A stretch of 64,000 nt of DNA from Marsupella aquatica (lineage: Eukaryota > Plantae > Marchantiophyta), in NCBI GenBank assembly GCA_973895155.1, contig OZ316898.1, positions 20,719,292 to 20,783,291 on the forward strand, written 5' to 3'. Of this stretch, positions 24,801 to 39,401 are shown piece after piece. Numbering within the stretch: the first letter of the stretch is position 1; each line of letters starts with the position of its first letter. The notes beneath the pieces are model-generated. The model was not told where the DNA came from and made no database searches. It was given only the letters and a program-made list of their open reading frames with translations. The position numbers were made by a program, and so were the translations under genes.

Positions 24801-26905
24801 ACATCTTGTTCCAGTTTTCCAACACGGTGTAGCACATTTTATCACAGTATTTAGATTTGGAAATGCTCCGGTCTCTAATTCAACTTCAGAGAGGAGAATG
24901 ATGTAGCAGTATAATGAGGCAACACCCTGATTCATGGGAATTGGGTGCGGAGATAAAGGAGCCGCTGTAGTGCTAGACTCGACTATCACGTATGCGAAAA
25001 CGGAATAAGGAAAAACCGAAACTGATTCAATTAAACTTTAAAGCATGCGTTATGCCCATTCTTGAGGATGACATCCAACTGCAGAAGATCAATTGGGAAG
25101 TTCTACCTCCGTCCTTACCGGTATGTTATCAGATGGTTTTCCGCTCACTTCCAGCCGCTCTTCTTGTACCAAAGAAGAAGATAAATCCTTTCGACCAACC
25201 AAGTTGAAGTTTAATGGTGAAGTATCCGCCTCCTTTGAATAAATGACATCAAGTACCTGTAACGTATGACGTAAGAACGCAATTCGAGCGTTAACAACAA
25301 ATGCCGCAGGTCATGCAGGATGTAGACGTTGCAAAACAAACTAATGTCGACATGCTTGAGCAGATTGTCCGGGAATTTGACGATGAAAATAGACACCAAA
25401 CATCTTGGTAAAGAAAGCTCAGTAATGCGTTAAACAACATTATTAGAGCCCTCGAAGATTATAAAGCCTAACGGAGGGAAATTAAAAACCATATCATTCC
25501 ATCGTATGTTTTCCTTAAGAAACATCTTTCTAATTCCTTGACGTGGGGGATAGCAGTAGATTCAGATCGGCTCTACGAAAAATATCCAGTTGGAGAACAG
25601 TTTGAACAGGAATTCTATAATTCTTAGCCTACGATGCCAGGGCGCTCCTCATATCCGAAATTATATACCATTCGAGCTATATCAAACTCTCATCCTACTT
25701 CGAAGGACCGCAAAACTCAAAGGAACTACTGGCTCAAAGGAAGTCCAGAACGATAGCCATGTGGTAAATACCTCTTGGGGAAATAGAGTCTCTATATGCT
25801 GCAGAGCACTGAGCCTTCTTTCCACCTTCTCCTGCAAAATAGGAACATTTTGCAACAGTTGGCGAACAGAAAGTGCCTTGGATGGGAAAGTGCATTTAGC
25901 AAACGTACACCCAAGACATGAGCTAAACGCGACAATTGAGCAGCCACACATTAGACTTCCGCTCAACATTGTCCATGGCATTCGAAGCCACTACAATACT
26001 TTAAAGTGACTTGCACCAAATCTGTGACCATAAGCGCGTACGAATATTTATACTTTCAGTCACTTCTCATCAATTTGAGTTCATTTCACAGAAAGAACGC
26101 TAATAACAACGAAGACCTCAGAACGTTGGACTAAATTAAGCAAGCATCAAGCATGAAAATGGAATGTAGGCAATGGTAGAAAGATGGAGACACTTCGGAG
26201 ATGCTTACCACGGTAGTGAGGTGGTTGCCAAAATCATCACCGCCTGCATTGCAAATACATTGACACGTTATAAACGCGCTAGAATGCACATAAAAGATGC
26301 TCAAGAAATACTTCACAATGAATTATATGGGCTGCTGGACAAGATATGGAGTCCCAATTCTTCGGTAAAATCCTGCCAGTTTGACTTCAGAGTACTAGCC
26401 CAGAACACTAGGGAGCCGTCATGCGACTATTCCGACCGAAGCGCTACGCAATAATGACAATCATGTGGCTCATGTCCCACCTCTACGAAGCTCTACCTTT
26501 CTCAGACCAACAAGGTTGTAGGCGATTTGAAATTGTGCATCTCACTATTCATGTAGGCAGAACTGTCGAGCATAGCGAACGCAAATGACTCCACCGGTGC
26601 AACGGATCACATCCTTAAGGTAAAAACACATATGTCAACTAAGCACACTGAAAGGTTCATGTCTTGTCCTTACCGGCACTGCAAGCATTCGAATGCCTCC
26701 GACTTTAAGTCTACTGGCGATGGCAAGCAGGAATTAGGCACTTACTGAGGAAGCTGGAGGTAGATGCTGTATTGCGCCAAGAGAAGAGGACGAGCGGAGC
26801 AATTACTGTGACTGCAAGCAAGCCAACGAGAGGGGCACATGTGCGCCATCGAATGCCTCTAGTGCGCTGTGCAAAACCAGGCACTGACCCTCTTCTTGGT
26901 GCCAT
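21839..26905 (-). CDS. GAUT1: Galacturonosyltransferase (GT8, GAUT1 clade); coding exons 26746-26905, 26209-26243, 25772-25831, 25119-25256, ~24543-24684, 24277-24359, 23767-24098, 23232-23589, 22321-22908, 21839-22114
   Basis: N-terminal TM anchor; KGLHCLSM, YHYALFSDNILA, YRNPKYLSMLNHLRFYLPE, FLDDDVVVQ (DxD), CGWAYGMN, LWKLGTLPPGL, IHYNGNMKPW; GT-AG junctions keep phase across all exons. Confidence 0.93.
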
Positions 26906-29666
26906 GGAGGGGCTCCAACCCTGCCCCAAGTGACACTGATTCGAAGAGCTACACAGGACTGCCTCTACTCCGGACAACTAACAAACTAATGTCGCGAATG
27001 AGAGCGTTTCTCCAAATCCTTGATAATACGAACAACTGAGCCGAGCGGCCCTCAACCAATCCGTCGACATCCCTGCTCGATGGCCGACTAGCCCAATTCA
27101 TGATGGTCTTGCGCTATCTACAAGCTCAACGAACAATGCCATCCAAACTTCACCTATGGGGCTACTCTCCACACACTTTGGACAACTCCATAAAGAAGGT
27201 TCCCTTCTCGAAATCACATCGAGTTCAAAAGAATTCACCCGCGTTGTCGTCACCTGAGTTCCTTATCCTCACTCCATGCTCTTGTACATCCGATTGCCGT
27301 GCTCTTGGTCCTGCTGTCCAGGAATCCGACCCAGCAACCCGTCTCCTTTTCCCTTTCTCCCTTCCTCCTTGCCTGATGTGGACAGTTGATATATTTACGT
27401 CTCCAAGCCAGCCGAGTGAAAGACCGGCGTGGGGCGACGAAGAGGCAGAGAGAGCGAGAGGGCAAAGAGAGAATCCCAAATGAGCGACAATTTTCCCTCT
27501 CAGCCCAAGAGAATCCAGAAGCCCTCACCTCAGTCCTTGCAAAGCTACACAGGATTGAACAACCAATACCTCTGGCGGGATAGAACGGAGAGGGAAACCC
27601 CTCTCAGCCGGAATGTCCCACACGCCTTGCTTGCCAAGTAACATTCAAACGGACTACTGTACTAAAATAAGGAGACTCATTTTCCCTGCTTTCGTCATCA
27701 TACAATAGCCCTCTCCACAAGTTCGAAAGCGACTGAGTAAGGCCACCAAACATTTGCCCTTGCCGAGCACTGCTCTATGGCCCACCGACAACCTGCACAT
27801 AAAAGTCGACCCCTTGCGACTACTCCAAAAAAAACACCACTGCTGCACCCTCTCACTCGAGAAGCTCGTTCTCAAGCTCGTTGCGCTGCCAACTCAGAAA
27901 CAACTCTCCGCCTCCAAAGACGAGAGAAACAACATTCCTTACAGCCTGACCTCCTGCTAAAACCAGGCCCACAGCTCCTTTGCGTTTGTCTGATTGTCCT
28001 TTCGTTTGTTCGTTCGTTCGTTCGTTCTCGTGCTCAGCAACCCACTCCTCACTGTTATAACAACGCCGCTTTCCTCCGTCCCGCCCCGGCTTCCTCCTGC
28101 CTGCTGTGGTCTGGCCCCGCGTCCCTCCTAACTTCGAGTGATTGCCAGCTCCAGCCCATGGCAGGGCTGTACTTCAAGTGCAGAATTGAAAAACCTTTTC
28201 GCACTAAACCGTCTCCTGGGTCTCGCCTCGCCTCGCCTCGGCAGTCGGCTCTCACTCGACAAGATACTCTTGTAATCATCACCAAACACCAAACGCCTTC
28301 TTCTGATCGGTTCCCTGCCTTTTCTTTCTCTCTCTCCGCAAAACGCAACAGAACAGAGCATCGAAGCTGAGCAAATGCACACCAGGAGAGCACTCTGCAG
28401 TAGCCCTGCTGTCGACAGGCGGACAGTAGCAGCTACTAGCTCTGTGCTCGGTGGCCCCGCCTCGATCTCCTTCGTCCGAAACGTTCTCGCATGCTTCTGC
28501 TCAACTCGGCTCGCCGTCTGACGGTGACGCAAATCGCTCTAACCGCAGTCAATCACAGGATCAGGCATTTCTAACCATGATTAGCGTAGCAGACATATCA
28601 TCATCGCTCGTAATAACCACGCGTGCATCCGTGTCAAGACAAGATACCAACAGCGTCTTCGAATTCACTCTCCCACTGTTCACGACTCACCGTGTTACGG
28701 GTCTGGAGGGTCCCCCTGCTCACTTGGCCGGTATGACTCTGACCGGCTCCGGTACAAATACTCGGGCCTCCACCGCAGTACACCGACCGACCACTCGAAC
28801 TCCACTCGATGCTCGGGTCCGGTGTCACGATTCACATTTCACAAGGTTCAGCAATCACCAGTCACCAGCCGGTAGCTCGCTATTACTCCTCCCGCCCCGG
28901 TACGGGTTTCACTGTCTCACTGCCGTATACCGTACTGTTGAAACAGCATGGGTACCTTTCTGTGCATACGGACCAGCAAAGCAGGTTCCCTGCTGCGTTC
29001 CCGTATAAGAACATTGTCCCGACTTTTGTGTGGCGGCCCCTTTGACACAAAGGGTGACCTGTAAAGAGTAACGCCCCGCAAGAAATTGGCGACCGTGGTG
29101 TTTACAGATACGGCAGAGCAACAGACATGATGATTCTTTCTGTCAGCGGGTTCGGTACTTCCAGCTCCGTAATGTCATTGACCGGGAACGGACTGGCGGG
29201 CACTCACGATCGACCGGGAACGATCACGGTACTAAATCTCTGTACACTACGTGCAATATACGCCGGCAGATAGTGGGAACCAAGAGAAATAAAAATAGGC
29301 GCCGGCAGACGGTGGGGAGCCACGAGATATTAAAAAAAGATTAAAGTTTAATATTTCGAGACAAAAAGTGTAGAATAGACGGATGCCCGGTTTTGTTGTC
29401 TCCTTCGTTTGGGTCTAGCGCAATGGGCCGGCCCCCCGCCCCCGGCTGGTTGTATGAGCTTTGGATAAAGTCGCTGAACCCTCCAAATACTAATTATTTA
29501 ATAAATAATTAAATAACGAGAATAACGAATGAACGAATACATATACAGAATATAAGTTTTTATAAGTTTTTATAAATGAGCTTGCTGTCCGAACCAGGAG
29601 AGACCAGTTCAACTAAAAAGGTAAAACAAAAGTACAATGGTTGGAAAAAGTCGCCTAACCTGCCTA

Positions 29667-30724
29667 TTGTCTTCCCGTGAACATAGCGCCCGGGTGTTGT
29701 GTTGAAATATGGTCAAAACAGGGACTTTAGGCAAAAAAGATGTTTCCACCCAAACACAACGCCATATTAACACAGCGCCCGGGCAGGCGCTGTGTTCAAA
29801 AATGTGCACAAGTGACTATAGGAGAAAGATAACCAGGTTGCAACTACAATGCATTACTGAAAATCGTCCGACACATCCGCTCTTTCAACTTACTAATTCT
29901 ATTGTCCTTTGAGAAATGTAAGCTAATTTCAAAATCCTTCATTCTCGGAGAAGTGTGCGCTGTTTCCAAAATGTTAAGCAGTAATCCGGAAGTATCGATA
30001 TATATTCTTCTGCTGTGTGAACTTTCAACGGACTTTCACATCAACCTCTGACTGATGCCACGGCGTCTCGTCAAAGAAACCCACAGTGCCTATTGCATAA
30101 TTAGGTCTGATGACTCACTTTCTCTATTTCCAATTTTCCATTGCCCTCAAGATCGAGGCACTCCAATAGAAACAAAGCAGTCTCACAAACAGACTACTAA
30201 CATGAAGAAAGATTAAATAATAGAAACTAGCAAATTGGCCACAGTAAACCAAACAATTGTGAAAAGTGGACGAATATGTTTTACTAAGTGATAATAGTAC
30301 ACTTGGTACGTATGGTTTGTCAGGGTTTGTTTTCTATTGCAAATTTGATTTCTCCCCTGGTGTCATCTCAGTGGTTCAATTGTTTACTACACATCCTTTG
30401 ACCTGAGCAAATATTTTTGGGAAGTCAAAAAACTTAAACTTGAACACACTCCTCTCTAATACACATAACTTCTATGTCTATCATTTCTACTTACACCCTA
30501 CATGCATCTCACAGTGCCAAAATTCAAGCACACTACCTTAAATTTCAACACAACGCCCCATTTTGAACACAACGCCCCATTCTGAACACCACGCCACAAG
30601 TCCAAAAAATGAAAACATTGACTTCAAACTCGAACACAACGCCCTGGGCGCTATACTCGAATAGAACGCCCCTTGGCTCACTATTCGAATGTAGCACCTG
30701 GGCCTTGTGTTCAGGGGAAGACGA
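29667..30724. mobile_element. Non-autonomous Tc1/mariner-pogo-like element with TA target site and subterminal aacacaacgccc repeats
   Basis: TA|ttgtcttcccgtgaacatagcgcccggg at left versus reverse complement tcgtcttcccctgaacacaaggcccagg at right, also bounded by TA; repeated aacacaacgcc units near both ends. Confidence 0.6.
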
Positions 30725-31885
30725 TATATAGTAGTAGTAAATAAATAAAACAATGAGAACTATAAGTAACAGACGAATATAAACGAGCTCGCACTTGTAA
30801 GGTGCAGTTGAGGGCAGGCAACCCACCTTTGGGCCAACTGAACCCAGGGTCCGTGGTCAAAGATCAGATTGAGTGAATATTGTTATGTATTTACTCTTAG
30901 TTAAATTATAGTTACTTTGTACGAGACTTTGTAGCCGCAGCTAATCGAGCCATAGTCAAGTGCTTGGTTATAATTAGATGTGCAACTACTTCTTTTATTT
31001 TTCTTGAAAGGAGCACTTTACTTGTACGGCAAATAAAACCCAATAAAATCAGGGAGTCACAGGCCAGAACCGAAAAAGGAACAAAGGCCAAAATCCACAC
31101 CAAGACCAAACACTCTTGGCCAAGAGGGAAAGGGAACAAGATTAAACTAACAGGGAAGGTACTTGAGCGGGTACTTGAGTAACTCACTCAGAGGAACCAG
31201 TTAAGCAGCTAAACCAAAGATGAGGGCCAACTCAAACTGCCGAGGACATGAAGAGATCCAGCCAATAACAAGGATCTGAGCATTTGTAAAACCAGGAAAA
31301 TCTAACTAACGGATTAACTAATTGCCACGGAAAAACCAAATGAATCTAAACTATTCAGCCCTGGATCACAACAAAACTACAAATGAATCCAAGAGACTGG
31401 TACAAAAAAGATCTCAAGGAGGATCAAAGGCCCATAGTGGGCGGTTATCAACAATGAAGCATTCATTTGTCAACTCATAAAGGCCTCCATCACGACTTAA
31501 GTCTCTTATAAACTTTCCAGCCAACTCCTGCCAACAACCTCCCTTCTCTTTATGGCTATTCCACCGGTTCTGCCAAATGATCCGTAAACATAAACAGAAC
31601 TCTAACCAGATTTTCCCCTCTATACACAAGACAAAGAGTAGAAGTGCCTCCATCTCCAAGGTATAGCGAGCTTTCCATGTCTTGCAACTACCACTTACAC
31701 TAGCATACTTAGATAGTTGGGGGAACTTAGGCTCGTTGTTATGGAGCCAATTAGCATATACAAAGAATTCATGCTATGGGGACTCAATATGGCCAACGGG
31801 CTAACTTAAAGTTAAGTAAAGCTCTCTTGTTTGTTCCCTTGGACGTAGCCTCTCGTAAGGTGAACCACCAGTGTCAACTACTTGA

Positions 31886-32219
31886 CAATCTATTCATTAA
31901 AAGTGAATTATTCAAAATATGAACATGTGGGTAATAGAAAGTGTACATTTGGCTTTCAAAACCTGTACAATTGGGCAAGAAATAAAGGTAATGGCCATAA
32001 GATATACCGCCATGTTCATTCTTTATAAATAAACTAGGATGACTCCTTCTAGTAAAGATCATTTTTGTGTCCTCAAGTTTATAATTGACCATTTAGGTGT
32101 AGAATATTGTACTATAGTGTACCTTTTGGGTTTAAAAAGTGCACATTTAGAGACCAAAAAGTGAACATTTAGAGGTCTAAAAGTGAACAAAGTAAAATAC
32201 ACTTTTAATGAATAGAGTG
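31886..32219. mobile_element. Small MITE nested in a degraded copy of the 344-bp LTR family
   Basis: TIR caNtctattcattaaaagtg / cacttttaatgaatagagtg; flanked by LTR-homologous sequence 31700-31880 and 32220-32265. Confidence 0.55.
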
Positions 32220-32769
32220 ATCAATGTGCATGTTGTCTTATGAGTAATGATCATTTTACTCAACAAATCCGACGCCATCGGATCTTGATAGGGGAAACAC
32301 AAACAGCCGTTGGATGCTGAGCAGATAACTTAGGTTACTTTTCTTGACCCACGGACAAAAATGGTGGCAATTTAATACATAGAAAAAAATGGTGGCAACG
32401 TATGTAAGATGGCAATGTAGTAAATCTCAGTTCATTGAAAATGGCCCAAGAAAGACAACCTAGTAAAAGCAAAACAGGTCCACATAGCACAAACACCAAG
32501 TTCAAAAGAAGAGGGTAACCCCCAAAACCTAGAAAGAAGGAATAATAATTATTAATTAATTACCACTCCATTAGTTCACATCTAGTGTCTTAATTACAAA
32601 TGTGACATGGATGTGCTATGAGAGGGCAAGGTGGCTCACTAGTATCCTTTACTAAAGATCTACCATTAATTGTACAAGCTTGAGCATGTGTAACTTCATC
32701 CAAAGCCATTGACAAAAGTGTGCTATCAACATGAATAATGGGTGCAAATGTCTCAAGGTGGATCTTGAA

Positions 32770-33016
32770 AAAACTAACTCAATGCCCGTGCATTGCAAAG
32801 AACACGTCAAGGCAAAGCAAATATGTCAAGGTGAGGCAAACATGTCAAGGCAAGTTTAAATGTTGACTTGAGGCAAAGATATCCAGGCAAAGCAAAGATG
32901 TCAAGGTGAGGCAAAATATCAGGGTGAGGCAAAGATGTCAGGCAAGGCAAAGATTTTTAGGCAAGTTAAGATGTCAAAGTGAAGCGAAGATGTTGAGGCA
33001 AGTTATGATGTCAAGG
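32770..33016 (-). repeat. ~20-bp tandem array (gcaaagatgtcaaggtgag) next to a Helitron-like 3' end
   Basis: About 10 diverged units; minus strand tgcaatgcacgggcattgagttagt resembles the hairpin+CTAG end at 57680-57705; array resumes at 35378. Confidence 0.5.
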
Positions 33017-35377
33017 TGTCACCTGCTTATCATATGATTAACATAATAAATACTGCTTGGTTTCTACTAAAAAACATTGTATCGTATAATGGGGACGTGG
33101 AGGGACGCTATATGGATTAATTTCCTACTAAGGATGAGTAGATTTGTTTCCGTTCCCAAAAATATATTTTTTGATCAAGTCTACCAACTATACATGTACT
33201 CCGCTTTTGATCAAGTCCCATGGACTATCTTGTTCATACTCTTCCTGGCCTTTGGCAAAGTGCTGTCACCACTCGCCCACTCACAAGGTCATCCAAACCA
33301 TGTAAGTTTCTCTAAACATTCATGCTAGGGGAAGAACACAATTGTGCAACAAAGAAAAAGAACACCACACAAGAATTTATGAGAATCCAACCAAATCTAT
33401 ATCTTTTGGTGGCCAACGTAATACATTGCATGGGCAACCCGGCCTCCTGCCTTACGGGACAATGAGCACCTCTCCACCTCCCTACTCCGGATCAATTCCC
33501 TACTCTTGTTGAAGGCTAATCCTCAAAACAACAACACTAGACTGAGTTCCCCCCTACACCTACCGGGGGCTGCCCTTAAATACAAAATAACACACCAAAG
33601 CACACAAGCCCTACAAGGGTGAGGCAGCCACTACCCTAGCTGGCCGTTACCCCCTGGCGACGCCACTAACCTCAAAACCTAACTTACATGCGGCACACAC
33701 ATGTGTCACCAACCTATCATATCCTAAGGGAAACCAGCGGTGCCTTTGATGGTGTCCACTACCACTCCGCTAAACAAGGACTCACTAGAGTCCACCACCT
33801 CCTATCCTATCTATCTATCTTGCCTACCAGCCTCAATCCTCTTGATCGCCACCACCGGTTTGCCGTAAAAGGAGGGGGGCCCCTACAATTGTTGAAACTA
33901 AAATTTTCTCAGAATTCACTTTTGAAAATATCTTAGGAGCCCTGCTCTTCCTTATCATGGATCCGTAAAGGGCTCCCAAAACGGATCCCAAACGGCTGAT
34001 ATATGGTTATTTACATTTTTACGATAATCGGGGCACCGTCTCCCTCCTCTCCATCCGTACAACACACCACCCCGGCTTTGCAAAACATGGATCACATATT
34101 CCGGTATGTGCTTTTACCTTCTCCTTCCCTTGGAAATCCGGGGCCTCCTGTAGTACAGACGTCCCTACACCCTCAAAACTCTTGTATTCTCAAAAAAATG
34201 TGATTCATTATATCTCCTCCGTCTTAGCTCCATTTTGGCCGTGCGACACATCGTTGGAATCAGCTCGACAAGCTCTTTCCAACAAGCCCGTAAACTCCTG
34301 ATTTTGAAATGGTAAAAAATCTGATGCTCGTACAACCAGGGTCCGTACACACGTTGAAAACAAGCACAACAGGAAAGGGTTTAGGGTTTAGGTATGGTTG
34401 GAAACCCCACAAGTGAGAAAAAGAGAAAAAGGGAAAGAAGAAAGTGTGGGGGTCCCTTCTACGGAGTGTGGAAGGGAAAGTGTGGAAGCCCCGGAGTGAG
34501 GAAGGCAAAGTGTGGCAGCCCCTTCTATGGAGTGTTCTTCTACAGAGTGCCCCTTGTACGGAGTGGGAAAGGGAAAGAGAGCAAAACCAGGTGAGGACCA
34601 CACAAAGGGTGAAAGGGGAAAGGGAACACAAGTGTGGGGACCCCTTCCTTCTAAGGGCCCTTCCACCATCACTACTCCAAGATTGCCTATTTTTGTCATT
34701 TTATGGGCATTGAGGTTTCTCAAGATGCTGCTGTTTGATACAGACGTGAACTCAACCAAGGAACCCCAATTTCGCATGGGGCTCATTGAGGGCTTCAAAA
34801 TGAATCCAAACATGATTGTGTTTGGAATAGTAGAGGGATTTGCTTGGTGGGACCCCGAATGGAAATGTTTTACTTGATAGGATACTTGAGTGATCCAGAC
34901 CGTTGATTTACCTTGAATAGACGGACCCAAACTTTCAAGGGTCCTATCAAGTAAAACATTAATTTCCATTTGGGGTCCCACCAAGCAAATCTCTCGGAAT
35001 AGTACTAGCGCAGCAACATTTGTTTTAAGTTTCAATGTTTTCTATATTTTGGTTATTATCCCCGTTTCGCGCCTTATGTGGAGCCTCCGGCCAGCCCCCA
35101 CCCATCCGAGATGCCCACACCTTGACCTCCTTGTACTTGGGCTGTCTTTTGGCCTCCTTGTACCCCCTCAATGGCTCCATTTTTGTCCATCACCGCCCGA
35201 CACCCCTCTCAACTCCGGCCTCGGTTGTTGCATCAATTTATTAGAACTAACACAAATTTAAAATTGAAAAATCCAAACACTTTTGCTCGAGCTTTTGCTA
35301 CACCTACTTGTCTTTCTACTTATATACGCAATTAAATGTCATCACTAACTTACTACCGGGTTTGGGGCCGTGTCACG
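33017..35377. mobile_element. ~2.36-kb solo-LTR-like insertion inside the tandem array
   Basis: Starts TGTCAC, ends ggggccgtgtcaCG (CA>CG assumed); perfect 5-bp TSD CAAGG at 33012-33016 and 35378-35382; no coding domains recognised. Confidence 0.65.
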
Positions 35378-38300
35378 CAAGGCGAGGCAAAGATATGGGG
35401 GTAAAACCCTAAACATCAATACCTGTGCATTGCACATAAGTTGTCATTGGGTAAAATATATCAATGCTTATAAGGTATCATTGCGTAAATGCTAATATTG
35501 TGAAAGAGGTGTCATTGCAGAAATTATGTCGTTGTGCAAAAGATAATGTGGATGAACAGAGTTTGTCATGTAATAGCAATTCAAGAGGGATCCCAGCTAA
35601 TGACGGACTGAGGGAAGAGGGTCAAAGGGGGACCAAGATGAATACCACATTCCACCTCAATACATGCAACGACCAATCCAAATATACTGGCACCTTAATT
35701 AAAGTTGCCCCTCTCTTTCCCCAAAGGTAAAATCATGCCCCACCACACATCAGCCAGCCAAAACCCAAATATAGGATCTCAAAAAACAAAATAACTACAA
35801 ACCCCCCAAAATGTGTCTCCCTACCTATATAAATTCAAAAATGGAAAAGGCAAAACCTCTCCAAAAAGGAAAAATGTATTTAAACCACAACTCTCAGTAT
35901 TCAAGAAGTTGTGGTACTACAGTAGGTATTTAAAAAGTTGTGGTACTGCAGGGCATAAATGGGCAGCAAGGCACAGGAAACAAAAGGTTGGACAAGAGGA
36001 AGAGGAGAAAACAACAGAATTCAATTATTTTTATTCTGAAAAATATTCTCTCATTTTTGAAATGGAAAACACCAGGCTTTTGATCTCCTCAAGATCTTTC
36101 ATTTGTGCCATAAATTGTGTTCTAATCCCACTTCTTATGTGGGCAGAAAAACATTATTAGCAAAACACAATGGATAGCATAGACTTAATTAAGAAGGGAC
36201 CAGATCAACGGCCAGGAAGGCTTGGGATTTGTTTTGTTTTCATTTAGAGACATATTCAGCCATTTTCAAAATGGAAAAAACCCATCAGTAGATCTCATTG
36301 ACATCTTTCATTTGGGCCGTAGATCAACCACTAAGGTGGACAGATGAGATTTATGGAGATGATAATGGTAGACAATGTACATCGGCATGTCCCTTGCATG
36401 CCCACTAGGTATGTAGTTAGGGTTAGTACTTGAGTTAGGTTGCATATGTTCTTCAAGCAAGTCTGGCCATTCTTGAAGCAAACATGCTTTTTAGGAGAAA
36501 GTCTGGACTTGGTTTTCTTAGGGCATGTTTCCCTTTGTCATTTTCAGTTTTTTTTAATCGCTGTTGAGACAAAGTTTTCCAGATAGTGCTCATAGGTTTC
36601 ATGCACAGGATTGAGACAATGATTTGTTAGATGCTCCCGAAAGATCTTGGCATCCGGCCGGTTTTTAGTTCAATTTTTGTACTTTGCTTCTATCTCGCCT
36701 TTTATATACAGAGGGTTACACCTCCACTGCTTACATACCACTTCATTTTCTCTTTTGTGGTTACTTGTAAATGAGATGAGACTTTTCCTTGCATGTTGGT
36801 TGCTAGCGGCTTACACATATGCATTGTTGGGTGACTTGTATATTTTCAATACACTATGACTACGATACTTTATGTCACTGCATTGCTCAAATCTCCTCCT
36901 CCCCCCAAAATTTGGCCAATCAGATTGCACTGTTTGTTTTCCAATTCCTTCCCCCCCCCCCCCCCCTCAAGCAAGTTGCAATGGCTTAAGAATTCGCTTT
37001 TAAGTAAAAAAATTGAAATATTTAAGAGAATATACATTGGTCTAACCAAGGAACTATGTCTTGCATTGGTTGTTGCAATCTTGCATTAGCATCAATTAAT
37101 GAAACTATATATTGCTTTACAATATGCTAACATACATTCCTTTTCAGTGTTATTGTTACACCAACACCCTAGCTGATGGTAGTGTTGTGTTGTGAATTTC
37201 AATATGGTGCCCACCGTGTGATAATCTTTTTCAAGACCCTAGGCATAACTTAATTTGCTTGCGTCCGCTACCTTTTGGATGTTACAAGTGCCAAAAAAAA
37301 TTGTCGTCATGTTTGTGTAGGTTGCTAAAAGAAATCAATGTCGCATTAATTAAGCCATGTGTTTGCATTTGGATGTTGTTGTCCTGTCTTTCCCTCCCAA
37401 GTATGGGCACTAGGCATTCTTCTCATTCACTTTTGGGGCAAAATGAAGCTTTATTGAAATGTCTGAGGCACAACTTGCCTCTCTTGGTTTCCTCTCAGCT
37501 CACCAAAGTCCCAAATCCTGGCTCCATATTCAAATACAATTCATTTCATGAAAATTCTTTTTGCCATACCATTGGCAATAAAATCTGGTCACCAAAACAG
37601 GTTTAAACTGTCAAGAAGCCAACTCAACCAGACTCACCCCAAGAGAGGGAAGAACCCACAAAAGAGCTTTTGGTTACAGACCCCCATTAGGGGTCCTTTC
37701 CAAAATTCCTGGCTCTACAGCGTGCCACATCATCATGGCACGCTGCAAACACGAAAGGACTTGTTTTTGGATGAAATTAAGTTCTGAGTTCATGTTTGTG
37801 GCAACTTCTTTGTAAAAACTGGGACGCCATGCCGTAAAAGAGAATGTAAAAAAACCTACATAATCAAAAGATAAAAAGATTGAGGTAAAACTGTTCCTTG
37901 TAACTATTTTATTTACATTTTTATTATATTCAAAACATAAAATTTTCCCGGTAACAATTTTTGATTTGACATTGCTGAGTCAAATCATAATGAAAACTCA
38001 CGTATAATATGACGTTGGAAAGATCTTGAAGAGACGGTCCTAATGAGCTCATAATTGTCAACATTCGGTAAAAATTGAGTAAGTAATTTAAAAAACATAT
38101 TTTATCCATGATTTTATAATCTATAACGTGAATAGAAATCTTTGTTGCACAACCTCCAAAATGTTGAACTCTTCCATGAGAATGAACCCTAAAATTGACA
38201 GATTTTATCGTACTAAGGAGATTCTGAGTTTTAGAATTTCTTTAGCCTTTTAATGAACTTAACATTGATAGATTTAGTTGAGTTCTGAGTATTATGAATT

Positions 38301-39401
38301 TCCAATGTTCTTTAACTTTCCAATGAGTGGTCATGAGTTTCTAAATTTCTCTAGCTTTAGATCGATTCAGAATTCTACAATTGGAGATTTGTTTCCGTGA
38401 AACTTTTTGTCTCAAACAATTATGCAAGGTTAGGATTTGATGACACCAATAACTTCTCCCTCTTCGTCCCTGTACGTGTAGGAATTGAAAAGTGATTACT
38501 TTCTATACAACTTGAGTGCATCTGACATCCCTTCAGTACCGTGGAGGAAACCATCAAACACCGTTTTGCTAAAGTGGGCAATTAAGCTACCCACACATTA
38601 AACAGTAGTTCACATTGTAGCTGGTTTTGTGATTGATGTTAATTATGGTTGCCTCGGTAAATTTGGAAATTGTTTCAAGTGTCAAGCTTTGACTTGTCCA
38701 TTTTTGAATTGATTTTTCTTTAGATTTGGAGATACATCTGGGCTTCAGTTTCTAGATAACTGCCTCTAAAATAACATGGGGGTCCACGGATTAATTGTTG
38801 TAGAAGCACTAGAGTGTAAGCAAAACACAAAGAGCCAGTTATCCAGCGCATCCTACATCAATGCTTTGGTTGACATCGTTAATGTCATGCGTTCACTCAA
38901 TACGGTCCTTGTCCTGTCATCCCTTGTGTAGGTTTCAAAATTGCATTATAACATGTACTGTTTTTGTGCAAAATTGAGTGTGACAAACACAAAAACAATG
39001 TAAGCAGGTCCAATCATAACTGAGCACAGGACCTCAAAGTATGCTCAAAAACGTATGGTTTCCTTTACAAGTATATATATGGTCTCCTGTATTTCTCCAC
39101 GCATATGCAGGTTGACTATGGTCACCCTCTGTCTTGCAAAGGAGACCGTAGACCCTTAATCCTATAACAATTATGACGGTTGACAAAGCCAACAATGCCA
39201 CTGTCATGAATGATCGGACGATCACAACCCTGATTGATGCCAAAGTGTAAGACACCATTCCATAGCTCCAAGGGGAAAAGGCGATTTACTACTCCAAAGA
39301 CAATTTTTCTTTGCTTTCATTTTGGAGGTTTCCCTGATAGTACAACCAGGCTTTGGACAATTGAGCAAGCAAGATTAAACAACATTGCTGATCTCACCGT
39401 G

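Noticed and set aside
27100-29121. Cluster of 70-197 aa ORFs upstream of GAUT1
   Set aside because: They overlap on both strands in GC-rich 5' UTR/promoter-like sequence with microsatellites and show no protein motifs
32800-33016. Regularly spaced repeats here and at 55845-56092 and 57400-57680 as a CRISPR-like array
   Set aside because: They are degenerate tandem units with no unique spacers and no cas genes, in a eukaryotic context
34388-35035. 215-aa ORF inside the 2.36-kb insert
   Set aside because: Non-ATG start, repeat-derived composition and no TE or host domain recognised
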